From contig OZ242195.1 in the NCBI GenBank assembly GCA_965205975.1, positions 4,544,001 to 4,608,000 of the forward strand: a stretch of DNA of 64,000 nucleotides. Reading direction: 5' to 3'. Positions 39,851-50,543 of the stretch are shown here, piece after piece (positions within the stretch are counted from its first letter, which is position 1; each line of letters starts with the position of its first letter). Under the pieces are notes generated by a model. The model had not been told where the DNA came from, did not search any database, and worked only from the letters and a program-made list of their open reading frames with translations. The position numbers and the translations under genes were made by a program. This stretch comes from Candidatus Latescibacterota bacterium. GTDB taxonomy: Bacteria > Latescibacterota > UBA2968.

Positions 39851-40300
39851 ATGATCATGACCATTCGAGATATTCTCGACCAAAAAGGTCGCCGCGTGAT
39901 TGCGATTGCCCCTGATCACACATTGGATGTGGTACTGGCTACGCTGATTCAAAATAGCGTGGGTGCGCTTGTCGTGCAGAATCGAGCAGGAGATTTGCTC
40001 GGTATTATCACTGAGCGCGATTTGATGCGCGTGGTGTATAATGGCGCAAATTTGCAGGCTGTGCGCGTTGAAGATGTGATGACGCGCGATCTCGTTACAA
40101 GCAATCCGGATTGCGATATTGAATATGTGATGGCAGAGATGACCGAGGGGCGATTCCGCCACATGCCGATTGTTGATGAGGTGGGTCGTCTCGCTGGCAT
40201 TGTGTCGATTGGCGATATTGTTAAAGCCAAGTTAGAATCTGCTGAGGAAGAAGTGATGATATACAAGGATTTTGTCACGCTGGATTGGCGGGCATCGTAA
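39851..40300 (+). CDS. CBS-domain pair protein
   Basis: VGALVV, LLGIITERD, VEDVMT, RFRHMPIV, GIVSIGDIVK. Confidence 0.95.
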   Translation: MIMTIRDILDQKGRRVIAIAPDHTLDVVLATLIQNSVGALVVQNRAGDLLGIITERDLMRVVYNGANLQAVRVEDVMTRDLVTSNPDCDIEYVMAEMTEGRFRHMPIVDEVGRLAGIVSIGDIVKAKLESAEEEVMIYKDFVTLDWRAS

Positions 40301-40335
40301 CACAGGAGGTTCATGTGTCTGAAGAACTACCCGAC

Positions 40336-40375
40336 AAAAAAGTCTTCGGTTCACCAGCAACCGAAGACTTTTTTT
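40336..40375. terminator. Bidirectional terminator between CBS gene and nqrF
   Basis: AAAAAAGTCTTCGGTT-7nt-AACCGAAGACTTTTTT. Confidence 0.85.
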
Positions 40376-40394
40376 ATGTACTTTTTGAACTGGA

Positions 40395-41645
40395 TTACCC
40401 GCCAAAGTCGTCGAATAAGATATTCTCGGGTTCCACACCCATATCGTCCAGCATATCCATGCATGCCACTAACATCAGTGGGGGACCGCAGATATAATAT
40501 TCACAATCTTCGGGTGCCGGGTGATCTTTTAGGTACTCATCGTAGAGTACCTGGTGAATAAATCCGGTCAGGCCCGTCCAGTTGTCTTCTGGCATGGGGT
40601 CGGATAGTGCCACATGCCATGTAAAGTTGTCGTGTTCGCGCTGCAATCCGTCGAAGTCATCGACATAGAACATTTCATTCAGGCTGCGCGCGCCATACCA
40701 GAAGGTTACTTTGCGGTCTGTGCCAATGCGTTTGAATTGATCGAAGATGTGCGACCGCATCGGCGCCATGCCCGCGCCGCCACCGATGAAGATCATTTCG
40801 GCATCGGTTTCTTTGGCGAAGAACTCGCCGTAGGGTCCCGAGATGGTCACGTCATCGCCGGGTTTTAGATCAAAAGTCCACGACGACATTTTGCCCGGGG
40901 GAATACCCGTTGTGCCCGGCGGGGGGGACGCCACGCGGATGTTGAGCATGATGATCCCTTTTTCTTCGGGATAATTCGCCATTGAGTACGCGCGGAAGAC
41001 GGGTTCATCTACTACCGAGACATTGTCCCATACATTGAAGTGATCCCAGGTGCCTCTAAAGCGATCTTCCCCATCTGCGGCTGTGATATCGAAGTCGCGG
41101 TAGTCAACGGTGTGGGGCGGGCATTCGATTTGAATAAATCCACCGGCTCGAAATCCGACGTCTTCCCCTGGCGGCAGTTCGAGGATGAGTTCTTTGATGA
41201 ATGTGGCGACATTGTAATTCGAGATTACTTTGCAGTTCCACTTTTTGATGCTAAATACTTCGGCGGGCACTTCGATATCCATATCGCCTTTTACTGTGAC
41301 CTGACACGAAAGCCGACACCCTTCACGCGCTTCTTTGCGGTTGATGTGCGACCGCTCGGTGGATAAGATATCGCCTCCCCCGTCATTGATCGTGACTTTG
41401 CACTGTCCACAGGTGCCGCCTCCGCCACATGCGGAGGATACAAAAATTCTATTGTCGGCCAATGTGTTGAGCAATTTGCCGCCTATGGGAACAGCAATGC
41501 TGTGGTCGGGATCGTCGTTGATGGTGATGTGCGCCTGTCCCGAGGCAACCAATCGCGATCTGGCAATGAGTATGACCGCTACCAGCATCAGCACCATGGT
41601 GGTAAACATCCCTACACCGAGTAAAATTAGCCTTACGTCTTCCAT
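40395..41645 (-). CDS. nqrF: Na+-NQR subunit F
   Basis: [12 protein letters not shown] (2Fe-2S), [34 protein letters not shown]. Confidence 0.98.
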   Translation of the reverse strand: MEDVRLILLGVGMFTTMVLMLVAVILIARSRLVASGQAHITINDDPDHSIAVPIGGKLLNTLADNRIFVSSACGGGGTCGQCKVTINDGGGDILSTERSHINRKEAREGCRLSCQVTVKGDMDIEVPAEVFSIKKWNCKVISNYNVATFIKELILELPPGEDVGFRAGGFIQIECPPHTVDYRDFDITAADGEDRFRGTWDHFNVWDNVSVVDEPVFRAYSMANYPEEKGIIMLNIRVASPPPGTTGIPPGKMSSWTFDLKPGDDVTISGPYGEFFAKETDAEMIFIGGGAGMAPMRSHIFDQFKRIGTDRKVTFWYGARSLNEMFYVDDFDGLQREHDNFTWHVALSDPMPEDNWTGLTGFIHQVLYDEYLKDHPAPEDCEYYICGPPLMLVACMDMLDDMGVEPENILFDDFGG

Positions 41646-41668
41646 ATTATCTCCACGCTTGCCTGGAT

Positions 41669-42280
41669 CTAAAGTTGAATCCCCGAAAAGAGCATAAATG
41701 CCATTGCCATCAAGCCCACGGTCATAAACGTGATGCCCAGCCCGCGCAATGCCGGTGGCACGTTGCTGTATTTCATTTTTTCGCGTATGCCCGCCAGTCC
41801 GACAATGGCGAGTGCCCAACCCGTGCCGCTGCCGAGTCCAAAGACGACACTTTCTGAAAAATTAAAGTCGCGTTCGACCATGAGCAGGGAGCCGCCCAGG
41901 ATGGCGCAGTTCACTGTGATCAGGGGCAAGAATATGCCCAGGGCGTTGTACAGAGTGGGCACGTATTTGTCCAGTACCATTTCCAGAATTTGAATCATCG
42001 CGGCGATGACGCCGATATATGTGACCAGGCCCAAAAATGTGAGATCTACATCTGGTAAACCCGCCCAGGCGAGCGCGCCTTCGGTCAGGACATGGGTAAA
42101 AATGAGATTGTTGATCGGCACTGTAATCGTCTGTACCACAATCACCGCAATGCCCAGGCCCACAGCGGTTGTCACCTGTTTGGAGACGGCGAGGTATGTA
42201 CACATGCCCAAAAAGAAAGCGAGGGCCATATTTTCGACAAAAACGGCTTTGACAAATAAGCTGATATAGTGTTCGGCCAT
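41669..42280 (-). CDS. nqrE: Na+-NQR subunit E
   Basis: [28 protein letters not shown]. Confidence 0.97.
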   Translation of the reverse strand: MAEHYISLFVKAVFVENMALAFFLGMCTYLAVSKQVTTAVGLGIAVIVVQTITVPINNLIFTHVLTEGALAWAGLPDVDLTFLGLVTYIGVIAAMIQILEMVLDKYVPTLYNALGIFLPLITVNCAILGGSLLMVERDFNFSESVVFGLGSGTGWALAIVGLAGIREKMKYSNVPPALRGLGITFMTVGLMAMAFMLFSGIQL

Positions 42281-42281
42281 T

Positions 42282-42971
42282 TTAATCCTCTTCCACTTGT
42301 TCGGGTTTCCAGGCCCGCACGACCCAGATGAAGAACCCGATTAAGAAAAACGCACTCGGCGATAATAACATCAAGCCGTTGGGCATGTACCAGCCGCCTT
42401 CGGTAATGAGTGGCAAAATGTCAACGCCCATAAGTTTACCCGATCCCAGAAGTTCGCGGAAAAATCCCACCACAATTAAGATGGTGCTGTAACCCAATCC
42501 ATTTCCCAGGCCGTCTAATAAGCTGTGCGTGGGAGGATTTTTCATTGCAAATCCTTCGGCGCGTCCCATGATGATGCAGTTGGTAATGATCAGTCCGACA
42601 AAGATCGACAATTGCTTGGATATGTTGTAAGCAAATGCCTGAATAGCCTGGTCGGCGATAATCACAAGCGAGGCAATAATGGTCATTTGAACGATGATGC
42701 GGACGCTGGACGGAATGTGATTTCTGATCAGGCTTACCGATATATTGGAAAGCGTTATAACAAAGATGACCGCCAAAGACATGACGATTGAGGTCTCCAG
42801 CTTTGTGGTCACCGCGAGTGCCGAACAAACGCCCAATACCTGACGCCCGATTGGGTTGTCATCAAAGATGGGCGTCCATATCAGGCTTTTGGCTTCTTTC
42901 GCCGTCAATGACGGAGATGGTGGCACTTCTGGCGCTTGTTCTTCCCTTTCGATTACTTCAGCCACGAACAC
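42282..42971 (-). CDS. nqrD: Na+-NQR subunit D
   Basis: [33 protein letters not shown]. Exact start uncertain. Confidence 0.97.
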   Translation of the reverse strand: MFVAEVIEREEQAPEVPPSPSLTAKEAKSLIWTPIFDDNPIGRQVLGVCSALAVTTKLETSIVMSLAVIFVITLSNISVSLIRNHIPSSVRIIVQMTIIASLVIIADQAIQAFAYNISKQLSIFVGLIITNCIIMGRAEGFAMKNPPTHSLLDGLGNGLGYSTILIVVGFFRELLGSGKLMGVDILPLITEGGWYMPNGLMLLSPSAFFLIGFFIWVVRAWKPEQVEED

Positions 42972-43755
42972 CTCCTTGTTTGAGGGTGTCTAAAAATCGA
43001 CCGTATCCTTCGTTGCCCAACCAGTATTTGAGCATGCTGTCTAATCCCCGCGTGGTGATGGTCGCTCCCGAGAGGCCATCGACCTGGTATTTTGCTTTTT
43101 CACTTTTGGGATTTACCTGGCCTTTGATCACAGAGATCGCGACATTGCCGGCATCGTCATAAGCCTGTTTACCCGGCCATAATCCCTTCCATCTGGCGTT
43201 ATCGACCTCGCCACCCAGTCCCGGGGTTTCGCCGTGTTCGTAAAATGTGATGCCCTGAATGCTTTGCAGGTCATTGCCCAGAGATACAAAGCCGTAGAGC
43301 GTGGACCAGAGGCCATAGCCGTAGATGGGTAAGATAATGCGCTGCAATTTGTCGTTTTCCATCACTTTATAAACGAAGATGTAATTCGGGCGGTTGCGAA
43401 TATTGGCTATGTCTTTCGCAGAGTCAACAGAACGCCCAAAAGTGGGGTCGGCAGCCATTTTCTTTAAGTCATAGGTATCTACGTCGATGCCATCGGGGTA
43501 TTCTTCGCGGTTCAAGATCTGCCCGGTGTCCAGTTTAATAAGCAGCGGTACGACCTTTTTTTCGTAAACGGACTGGACATCGACCGAGGGATCGTATAGC
43601 CCACCCGCAATCAGGATATTTTTTACTTTGTCGAGGCGTTTGTTTTCTTTTTTGATATCGTGTAAGGATACAGCAAATAGTGAGACAAAAAGAGAACAGA
43701 CCAGACAAAGGGCCACCGCAACAAAGATCGTTTTTTGGATGCTGTCATTCTGCAC
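42958..43755 (-). CDS. nqrC: Na+-NQR subunit C
   Basis: [21 protein letters not shown]-attachment motif [13 protein letters not shown] start after AAAGGAG. Confidence 0.96.
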   Translation of the reverse strand: MQNDSIQKTIFVAVALCLVCSLFVSLFAVSLHDIKKENKRLDKVKNILIAGGLYDPSVDVQSVYEKKVVPLLIKLDTGQILNREEYPDGIDVDTYDLKKMAADPTFGRSVDSAKDIANIRNRPNYIFVYKVMENDKLQRIILPIYGYGLWSTLYGFVSLGNDLQSIQGITFYEHGETPGLGGEVDNARWKGLWPGKQAYDDAGNVAISVIKGQVNPKSEKAKYQVDGLSGATITTRGLDSMLKYWLGNEGYGRFLDTLKQGGVRG

Positions 43756-44944
43756 GGGCCAGTCTCCTTTGGATATTGCGGTTGATAAAGACGCGGTCGA
43801 TGATGGGCGCGAATACATTGGCGAACAATATGGCCAGCATGATGCCTTCGGGATAGGCCGGGTTGGTCACGCGGATCAATACTGTCATGACGCCTATTAA
43901 AATGCCATAGACCCATTTGCCCTGGCGCGTCATGGCTGCGCTGACCGGATCGGTTGCCATGAATACCGTGCCAAATGCAAAGCCGCCGATGACGAGATGC
44001 CAGGCCGGAGATACGTTGAGCAGCGGGTTGGTGGTGCTGCCGATCCAGTTGAAGAATAGCGCAGATACGATCATGCCGATGGTGACGCCGGCCATGATTT
44101 GCCACGAGCCAACGCGGGTTAATATTAAGACGCCTGCGCCCAATAAACAGCAAAGGGTTGAGGTTTCTCCCATGGAGCCCGGGATCAAACCGATAAATGA
44201 TTCCCACCAGGTGTAGTCCATCTGGATATGAGTATCGGCATAGGCCGCTAATGGCGTTGCCTGACTATATCCATCAACGGCGATCCAGACTGCATCGCCT
44301 GAGATTTGCGCGGGATAGGCAAAATAGAGAAATGCGCGGCCCGTGAGCGCGGGGTTTAAGAAGTTCATTCCCACGCCACCGAATATTTCTTTGCCTATTA
44401 CTACGCCAAAGATGATGCCTATGCCTACCTGCCACAGGGGTATAAGGGGCGGCATTGTGAGGGGGAATAGCGTGCTGGTGACGAGAAATCCCTCGTTGAT
44501 TTCGTGTTTGCGAATGACTGCAAATATGGCTTCGCATAAGCCGCCCGCGGCTATGGTTACGAGTTGTACGGGTACAAAATAAATAGCGCCAATCGCAAGA
44601 CAACTGAGTACGTCGGAGGGCAGGAAGGACAAGCCCAGTACCTGGGCGAGCCAGACGTGCCAATCGCCAGTGCCGATTGCGCCGATATTTTGATAGGCCA
44701 GGCTCGCTTGCAAGCCCGTGTTGTACAGGGCAAATAAAATACAGGGTTGTAGCGAGAGTACGACTGTGATCATCATCCGCTTCAAATCCATGCCGTCGCG
44801 CACGTGAGCATCTGCCTGGGTAACCTCGCCGGGAGTGTAGAGGAATGTGTCCCCGGCTTCGTAAAACGGATACAGTTTTTCGAGTTTGCCGCCTTCTTCG
44901 AAGTGTTCGGCCTGTTTGTCCAATAAATCGCGTAGGGGCTTCAC
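43745..44944 (-). CDS. nqrB: Na+-NQR subunit B
   Basis: [44 protein letters not shown]. Confidence 0.98.
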   Translation of the reverse strand: MKPLRDLLDKQAEHFEEGGKLEKLYPFYEAGDTFLYTPGEVTQADAHVRDGMDLKRMMITVVLSLQPCILFALYNTGLQASLAYQNIGAIGTGDWHVWLAQVLGLSFLPSDVLSCLAIGAIYFVPVQLVTIAAGGLCEAIFAVIRKHEINEGFLVTSTLFPLTMPPLIPLWQVGIGIIFGVVIGKEIFGGVGMNFLNPALTGRAFLYFAYPAQISGDAVWIAVDGYSQATPLAAYADTHIQMDYTWWESFIGLIPGSMGETSTLCCLLGAGVLILTRVGSWQIMAGVTIGMIVSALFFNWIGSTTNPLLNVSPAWHLVIGGFAFGTVFMATDPVSAAMTRQGKWVYGILIGVMTVLIRVTNPAYPEGIMLAILFANVFAPIIDRVFINRNIQRRLARAE

Positions 44945-46296
44945 TATCCTTCCTTTTCAATTTCGGTGAGGTTTTCGCGCAGAATGGGTCCAAAATCCAT
45001 TTTTGACGAACACGAAAATGTGCATAGTGATAGGTCTTCCTCATCCAATTCCAGAATACCGAGTTTTTCAGCGTCGTCGAGGTCTCGGGTGACGAGTGCC
45101 CGAATCAAAAAGTTGGGCAATATGTCCAGCGGCATGACGTCGTCGTAATTGCCATGCGGCACGAGTGCGCGATGGCTGCCATTGGTGGAGGTGTTCAATT
45201 TGAGGCGTTGGCCGAAGAACATTTTGGACAGTGCCAGATTTTTGATGGTGAAAAATTCGAATCCCGGCGTGATCCAGCCCAAAAAGGCGCGTTTGTTACC
45301 TTCTTCGAGTGCGGTGATCTGCTGGTGATACCGTCCCAGGAAGGCGCGTGTTTCGTCTGCTTTGCGCCCGGAGAGGACAGAGCCGCTGATGACGCGGTTT
45401 TCGACGTCTTCGAGTTCTCCTTCTACCAGGTCCATTATTGAAGCTCCCAGACGGGTGCGGATCAATTTGGGGTGTTTTACGGTGGGACCGCTCAGAGCGA
45501 CTACGCGCTCGGTCATAATCCGCCCGGTTGTGAACAGATGTCCCCATGCTATGACATCCTGAAGCCCGATGTGCCAGACTGTTTTATTGCGGTGTACGGG
45601 GTCTAAGAAGTGGATGTGCGTGCCGACTAATCCGGCGGGGTGGGGACCGGAAAATTCTTCGACCTGTACGCGGTCATCGTCGATTTCTGGCAGGTCTAAG
45701 TCGGGGTCTCTACAGAGAAAAATTGTTCCATCTACGAGTTTTGAGACGATTTTGAGGCCCAGTGTGAAATTGTTTTCCTGTCCGGCCAATACACGCGCCA
45801 TGTCCGGGGATAGCGGGTTGGTGTCCATGGCGTTGACAAAGATGGAATTCGCCTCGGTCGCGGGGTCGGCTACTTTGCCAAATGGCCGCGCTCTCAGGGC
45901 GGTCCACTGTCCGGATGAGATGAGTTGTTCTTTGACTGTTTCCCGGTCGAGATTGTCAATTTCGTCTTCTCGATGGGATTCAAAGGTGATTTCATCGTTG
46001 CCTTCCAGGCGGATGACCATTGATAAGAAGGCGCGTTTTATTCCCCGGTTTATGGCGATTACCTCGCCTGCGCCGGGTGAGGTGTAAAGAACACCTTCCA
46101 TTTTTTTGTCGGTGAATAATACATCGCCGAGTTTGACGCGGTCTCCCACTTGAGCCACGATTGTGGGACGCATGCCCACATAATCTTCACCTGAGAGTGC
46201 CACAGTTTGGACTGGTTTGCCATTTTGTACTGTGGATTGATCGGGGACGCCGCTAATGGGAAGGTCGAGTCCTTGTTTAATTTTTGTCAATGCCAT
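44944..46296 (-). CDS. nqrA: Na+-NQR subunit A
   Basis: [44 protein letters not shown]. Confidence 0.98.
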   Translation of the reverse strand: MALTKIKQGLDLPISGVPDQSTVQNGKPVQTVALSGEDYVGMRPTIVAQVGDRVKLGDVLFTDKKMEGVLYTSPGAGEVIAINRGIKRAFLSMVIRLEGNDEITFESHREDEIDNLDRETVKEQLISSGQWTALRARPFGKVADPATEANSIFVNAMDTNPLSPDMARVLAGQENNFTLGLKIVSKLVDGTIFLCRDPDLDLPEIDDDRVQVEEFSGPHPAGLVGTHIHFLDPVHRNKTVWHIGLQDVIAWGHLFTTGRIMTERVVALSGPTVKHPKLIRTRLGASIMDLVEGELEDVENRVISGSVLSGRKADETRAFLGRYHQQITALEEGNKRAFLGWITPGFEFFTIKNLALSKMFFGQRLKLNTSTNGSHRALVPHGNYDDVMPLDILPNFLIRALVTRDLDDAEKLGILELDEEDLSLCTFSCSSKMDFGPILRENLTEIEKEG

Positions 46297-46487
46297 TATG
46301 GTCCTCAATTTTTTCCAATAAAAAAAGCAACCACAATTGTCAAATGGCCTTAATAAACAAGGGGGAGACAGACAGTGCAGTTGCTGTTTTGCAGGTGCTA
46401 TGAACACCTACAGGCATTGGAAACAAATCCATCGTAATCCAGATAAAGAACAGATGTGTTGTTCAAATGTTTTCTCGTTTGCGAATA

Positions 46488-46516
46488 AATTTATTATAAG
46501 CGTTTTTAATTGTCAA
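46488..46516 (-). promoter_or_regulatory. Sigma70-type promoter of nqr operon
   Basis: TTGACA-17-TAAATT, implying a ~185-nt 5' leader. Confidence 0.6.
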
Positions 46517-46554
46517 GCAAAAGGCGTTGTATCAGGAGAAATAAATTTTTATCC

Positions 46555-46587
46555 GTCATCGCGGCATGCTTAAAGCCGCGATCCAGG
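46555..46587. repeat. 33-bp palindromic dispersed repeat, copy 1
   Basis: GTCATCGCGGCATGCTTAAAGCCGCGATCCAGG, identical to 55964-55996. Confidence 0.85.
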
Positions 46588-47227
46588 CTCTATCTCCTCA
46601 ATCCCGGGCTTGGACGCACCAAAGCGCACATCAACCCCTCTGCCTTGAAGGACTGGAATGTGCGTGTTGAGTGATGTGGCACTCAAAGGGTTGTTTTTCA
46701 CATCAATCTCATCACCACTGCCCAATCCTGTATTTGCGACCAAAGGCGAAAGGTCTGAGACGTTGTTTCTGGAAAGATACAGATTTGTCAGATTGGTTAA
46801 GTTCGATAGTGGCGATATGTCCGATATGAGGTTGGCACTGAGGTTCAGATGCTCCAGGCTATTCAAGTCAGATAGCGCAGACACATCCGAGATCACGTTG
46901 TCGGAAAACCACACCCATTTTAAATTGGTCAAGCTCGATAGTGGCGATATGTTCGATATGAGGTTGACGCTCAGTGTCAAAGCCCTCATACACAGCCTGA
47001 CTCGCGTCGTATTCAAAGCGCACGGCAAGGCCGTTCGCGTTTTGTATATCTTTGCCGAAGATCTGAATGGCGATTACCTGATCAGTGGATACATTGAGAG
47101 ATGTGACAGCTTGATCGCCCACCGCACTATCCACATCCAGCGATAGGGAAAAGTTGTTCTGCGCCGAAAGAGATAGCGGGTATATCAGAAGGGCGAGTGT
47201 TAACACTTGCAGAATCAGGTTGCGCAT
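46570..47227 (-). pseudogene. Internally deleted / frameshifted secreted LRR (internalin-like) protein
   Basis: Signal peptide and N-terminal domain (from 47227, ...YEGFD) are joined out of frame near 46975 to 22-aa LRRs (LSVNLISNISPLSSLTNL...) ending at 46570. Confidence 0.8.
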
Positions 47228-47405
47228 CGGGTTTTCCTTGCATTAGTGGCTACCCCAATGTGTAGCATTTACCCTTATGATGTCAACTCCATAAATTTGT
47301 CCTGAAGTTCAAAATTTGTCCCGGTTTCCGCTTTTTAGCGATATGTGGTTGGATTATCTCCATGCTTCGTGTCGAAACCCGGTGTGCATTCAAAAAACTC
47401 ATTCC

Positions 47406-47462
47406 TTGACAACAAAATAATTTTTTGATAAAATTTGAATATAGTCATAAATATGGTCATAA
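47406..47462 (+). promoter_or_regulatory. TA promoter with putative operator repeats
   Basis: TTGACA-17-TAAAAT with TGn extension, followed by direct repeats ATAGTCATAA / ATGGTCATAA. Confidence 0.65.
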
Positions 47463-47481
47463 TTTTTAAAAAGGAGTAAAG

Positions 47482-47715
47482 ATGCCTTCAATTTCTAAAA
47501 GTAAATTGAAAGCCAATATGCTTCGTATATTTCGCGATATTGAAAATACCGGCGAAGAAATGATTGTCACAGATCACAATCGTCCTGTTTTACGCATTCA
47601 GCCTATTGGGCAAAAAAGGACAGTGGAAGAGGTGTTCGGTACCATTCAGGGCAAGGTCATCTACCGCGAAGATATCAATACACCGACCACCGACGAATGG
47701 AAAGATCTGTCATGA
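47482..47715 (+). CDS. Phd/YefM-family antitoxin
   Basis: ISKSKLKAN...IENTGEEMIVTDHNRPV. ATGA overlap with the PIN gene. Confidence 0.88.
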   Translation: MPSISKSKLKANMLRIFRDIENTGEEMIVTDHNRPVLRIQPIGQKRTVEEVFGTIQGKVIYREDINTPTTDEWKDLS

Positions 47716-48092
47716 TTGTTCTGGATACTTCAGCGCTCATATTCTGGACTCTGGATCGAGAGCGATTATCTCAAATCGCAGCACAAGCGATCTCAGACGC
47801 CGACCATATTGCCATCAGTTCTATCTCTATTTGGGAGATCGGCATAAAAGTTAAAAAGCAAAAACTCGCTATACCACTTTCTATCCAGGAATTTACGGAT
47901 AAACTGAAAGCAATAGACCGCTTCGATATTCTGCCTGTAGATGCCCAGACTTGGATCAAGAACCTCGAACTCAATTGGGATCATGGCGATCCTGCTGATC
48001 GCACAATTGTTGCGACTGCCAGTTTGCACGCTTGCCCACTCGTCACCTCAGATTCTGCTATCCGCGCATTTTATTCACAGACTATCTGGTGA
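47712..48092 (+). CDS. vapC: VapC PIN-domain toxin
   Basis: MIVLDTSALIFW, SSISIWEI, HGDPADRTIVATA, LVTSD. Confidence 0.93.
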   Translation: MIVLDTSALIFWTLDRERLSQIAAQAISDADHIAISSISIWEIGIKVKKQKLAIPLSIQEFTDKLKAIDRFDILPVDAQTWIKNLELNWDHGDPADRTIVATASLHACPLVTSDSAIRAFYSQTIW

Positions 48093-48128
48093 GGACGATT
48101 TCAAAACTTTTACTGAAATGGAGTTGAC

Positions 48129-50480
48129 GTGAAATATTTGATACTCAATTTGTGGATTATTTTGCTTCTGATATTGCCCGGGCAGGCAACATCAGAAGTG
48201 GCGGATTCGCTGTCTGTTCTGGAGGAAGCCGTGAAGGTTGCGCCAAAAGATGGCGATGCCTGGGTCAGGTTGGGCAATGTGTATCTGAATGCGGGGGAGA
48301 TCGAGAAGGCCGATGGTGCGTTTCGCAAGGGAATTCGGTATGCCGGGTCTGCAGAGGCTTATGTGGGGTTGGGGCGGGTGTTTATGGCGAGGGGACCAAC
48401 GCGGGCGCGACAGGGGTTGCCGTATTTTCGGATGGCGCGGGCAAAGGATCCGAAGTTGATAGATGCCGAGTTGTATCTGGCGCGGGCAAAGGTGATGTTG
48501 CGCGATCTGGATGCTGAGGATGCGTTTCGCCGGGTGATTGCAATGGCGCCGGATTACGCGCCGGTGTATTTGGAATTGGCGGATTGGTATGTCAATAACA
48601 ATTTTGAAATGTATTACGGCGAGATTCGCCTGCTGTACGAAAAGTATCTGAGGCTGAGGCCGGGTGATGTCGATGCGCTTTACGGATTGGCAGTGTCATA
48701 TACGGAGGAGCAGAATTACCGGTCTGTCGTTGGGATTGGTGAGATGGCGTTGGCTAAAAATCCGGGCGAAGCGCGACTGTTGGCATTGCTTGCACAAGCG
48801 TATGCGGGTATGGGCGATCCGGATCGGGCATTGGCGTTGTTCGCGCAGTATTTCGATGCGATTCCAGCAGAAGAACGGGCGCTTTACAAAAATTTGCAAT
48901 TGGTGGCAAGGCCGGAGGAGTTGAAGGTGTATGAGTCGCTGCCCGAAGATGAACGCGCAACGTTTTTGACGACGTTTTGGCGCAAGCGCGATTTGACGTT
49001 GATATCGGGTGGTCTTGCGCGCGAGGCAGAACACTATCGCCGGGTGTGGTTCGCGCGGACGCATTTTGCGAAAGGTGTGCAGCCGTGGGACAGGCGCGGC
49101 GAGGTGTATATTCGGTATGGGGAGCCGGATTATCGGTCGCGGTCACACGCGCCCAATGCAGTGCCGAGTGCCGAGGCCGAGGCGGTGAAGGAGAGGCTGG
49201 CTCTGGATATTGAGGGTGGTTTTGTGGCGTCGGGAGAAATGACTGCGGAATCGTTTTTTGGCGGTGTGGATGATGATGAACAGGCGGTGGAGGATTACGA
49301 GGGTGTCAATCTCATTGAACCGGCTTATCCCGTGTCGTTTAACGAGCGGTCGATGCCGTGGGAGTCGTGGATTTACACGCAGGTTGGCGGCGGTGTGGAG
49401 TTTGTTTTTGTGGATGAGTTGCTCAATGGCAAGTGGCAGTTTCCCCCGCTGCCAGATGGCACGCGCATGTCGGGCGAGCGGTTGTCCGCGCTTTTGCGAT
49501 CCCATCCGGGCGTTGTGTTGAACGATGTGGTGGCTTCAACACCGGAGTATTTTGATTTGCCACCGGGGATTGAACCGCTGGCGTTTTATTACGATGTGGC
49601 GCGTTTTAGAGCAGAAGAGGGCAAGACCGGGGTTGAGGTGTATTACGGGGTGCCGACGCTGGAGGTGGATATTGAAAATGAGAATGGGCATGTGCGCCGT
49701 TCGGTGGTGATTTCAGACGATGAGGGCGAGGAGGTGTTTCGGACTCGGGATGATTTGTATTTTGGAGGTATTGATTCCAGGCAGTTGAAGAAGGGGACAT
49801 TTGTGCCCGATGTGGCTTATCTGGAAGTGCCTCCTGGCACCTATCGCATGGCGGTGCATTTGGCCGATGTAAATTCGGGGAAGTGGGGGGTTTATGTGCA
49901 GGATTTGGTGGCTCCGACATTTTCCGATTCACTGGCGATGAGTGATCTGGAATTGGCGTGGTCCATTAGTGAGGAAGGGGGGTTTCACGACAAATATCGC
50001 AAGGCCGATGTGTGGGTGATGCCGATGCCGTCGCGCAGTTTTGTGAATGATCGCAGTGTATTCGTTTATTATGAGGTCTATAATTTAAAACGCGATGAAT
50101 TTGGGCAGACGCGATATAAGGTGTCCTATACGATTCAGCAGGATGTGCGGTCGGGTTCTTCGATTTTTGGACTGTTGAGCGGGGGATTCAAAAGATTGAT
50201 GGCGAGGGGTAAAAAACCACAGGTGGCGGTGAGTTATGAGCATGTGGGGCGAGATGTTTGGGAGCCAATTCATCTGGAGCTGGATTCAGAAAAGATGATC
50301 CTGGGCCTCAATCAGGTTGAGGTTGAGGTGACGGATTTGTCGAGTGGTCAATCCGTGAAGCGCGAAGCTATTTTCAGGTTGGAACCAGCACCGCAGATAG
50401 CCGAGAGACAACGGGGAATTCAGGGTGATGATGTGCCACAAGGTAGGCGCGGGAGGCGGGGCGGTGAACGACGGCGTTGA
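48129..50480 (+). CDS. Secreted TPR + GWxTD domain protein
   Basis: Signal peptide, TPR helices, FWRKRD...EHYRRV..A...PWDRRGEVYIRYGEPD, C-terminal Ig-like part. Confidence 0.85.
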   Translation: MKYLILNLWIILLLILPGQATSEVADSLSVLEEAVKVAPKDGDAWVRLGNVYLNAGEIEKADGAFRKGIRYAGSAEAYVGLGRVFMARGPTRARQGLPYFRMARAKDPKLIDAELYLARAKVMLRDLDAEDAFRRVIAMAPDYAPVYLELADWYVNNNFEMYYGEIRLLYEKYLRLRPGDVDALYGLAVSYTEEQNYRSVVGIGEMALAKNPGEARLLALLAQAYAGMGDPDRALALFAQYFDAIPAEERALYKNLQLVARPEELKVYESLPEDERATFLTTFWRKRDLTLISGGLAREAEHYRRVWFARTHFAKGVQPWDRRGEVYIRYGEPDYRSRSHAPNAVPSAEAEAVKERLALDIEGGFVASGEMTAESFFGGVDDDEQAVEDYEGVNLIEPAYPVSFNERSMPWESWIYTQVGGGVEFVFVDELLNGKWQFPPLPDGTRMSGERLSALLRSHPGVVLNDVVASTPEYFDLPPGIEPLAFYYDVARFRAEEGKTGVEVYYGVPTLEVDIENENGHVRRSVVISDDEGEEVFRTRDDLYFGGIDSRQLKKGTFVPDVAYLEVPPGTYRMAVHLADVNSGKWGVYVQDLVAPTFSDSLAMSDLELAWSISEEGGFHDKYRKADVWVMPMPSRSFVNDRSVFVYYEVYNLKRDEFGQTRYKVSYTIQQDVRSGSSIFGLLSGGFKRLMARGKKPQVAVSYEHVGRDVWEPIHLELDSEKMILGLNQVEVEVTDLSSGQSVKREAIFRLEPAPQIAERQRGIQGDDVPQGRRGRRGGERRR

Positions 50481-50504
50481 GTGGTGAGTTTTAAGAGAAA
50501 ACAG

Positions 50505-50543
50505 AAGAGGCGATCACACAACTGTGATCGCCTCTTGTTTTTT
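50505..50543. terminator. Terminator between convergent genes
   Basis: Perfect 14-bp stem AAGAGGCGATCACA / TGTGATCGCCTCTT followed by GTTTTTT. Confidence 0.85.

Noticed and set aside
46868..47028. Programmed frameshift in the LRR gene
   Set aside because: No slippery run or homopolymer at the junction, and both domains are cut mid-fold, which fits a deletion.
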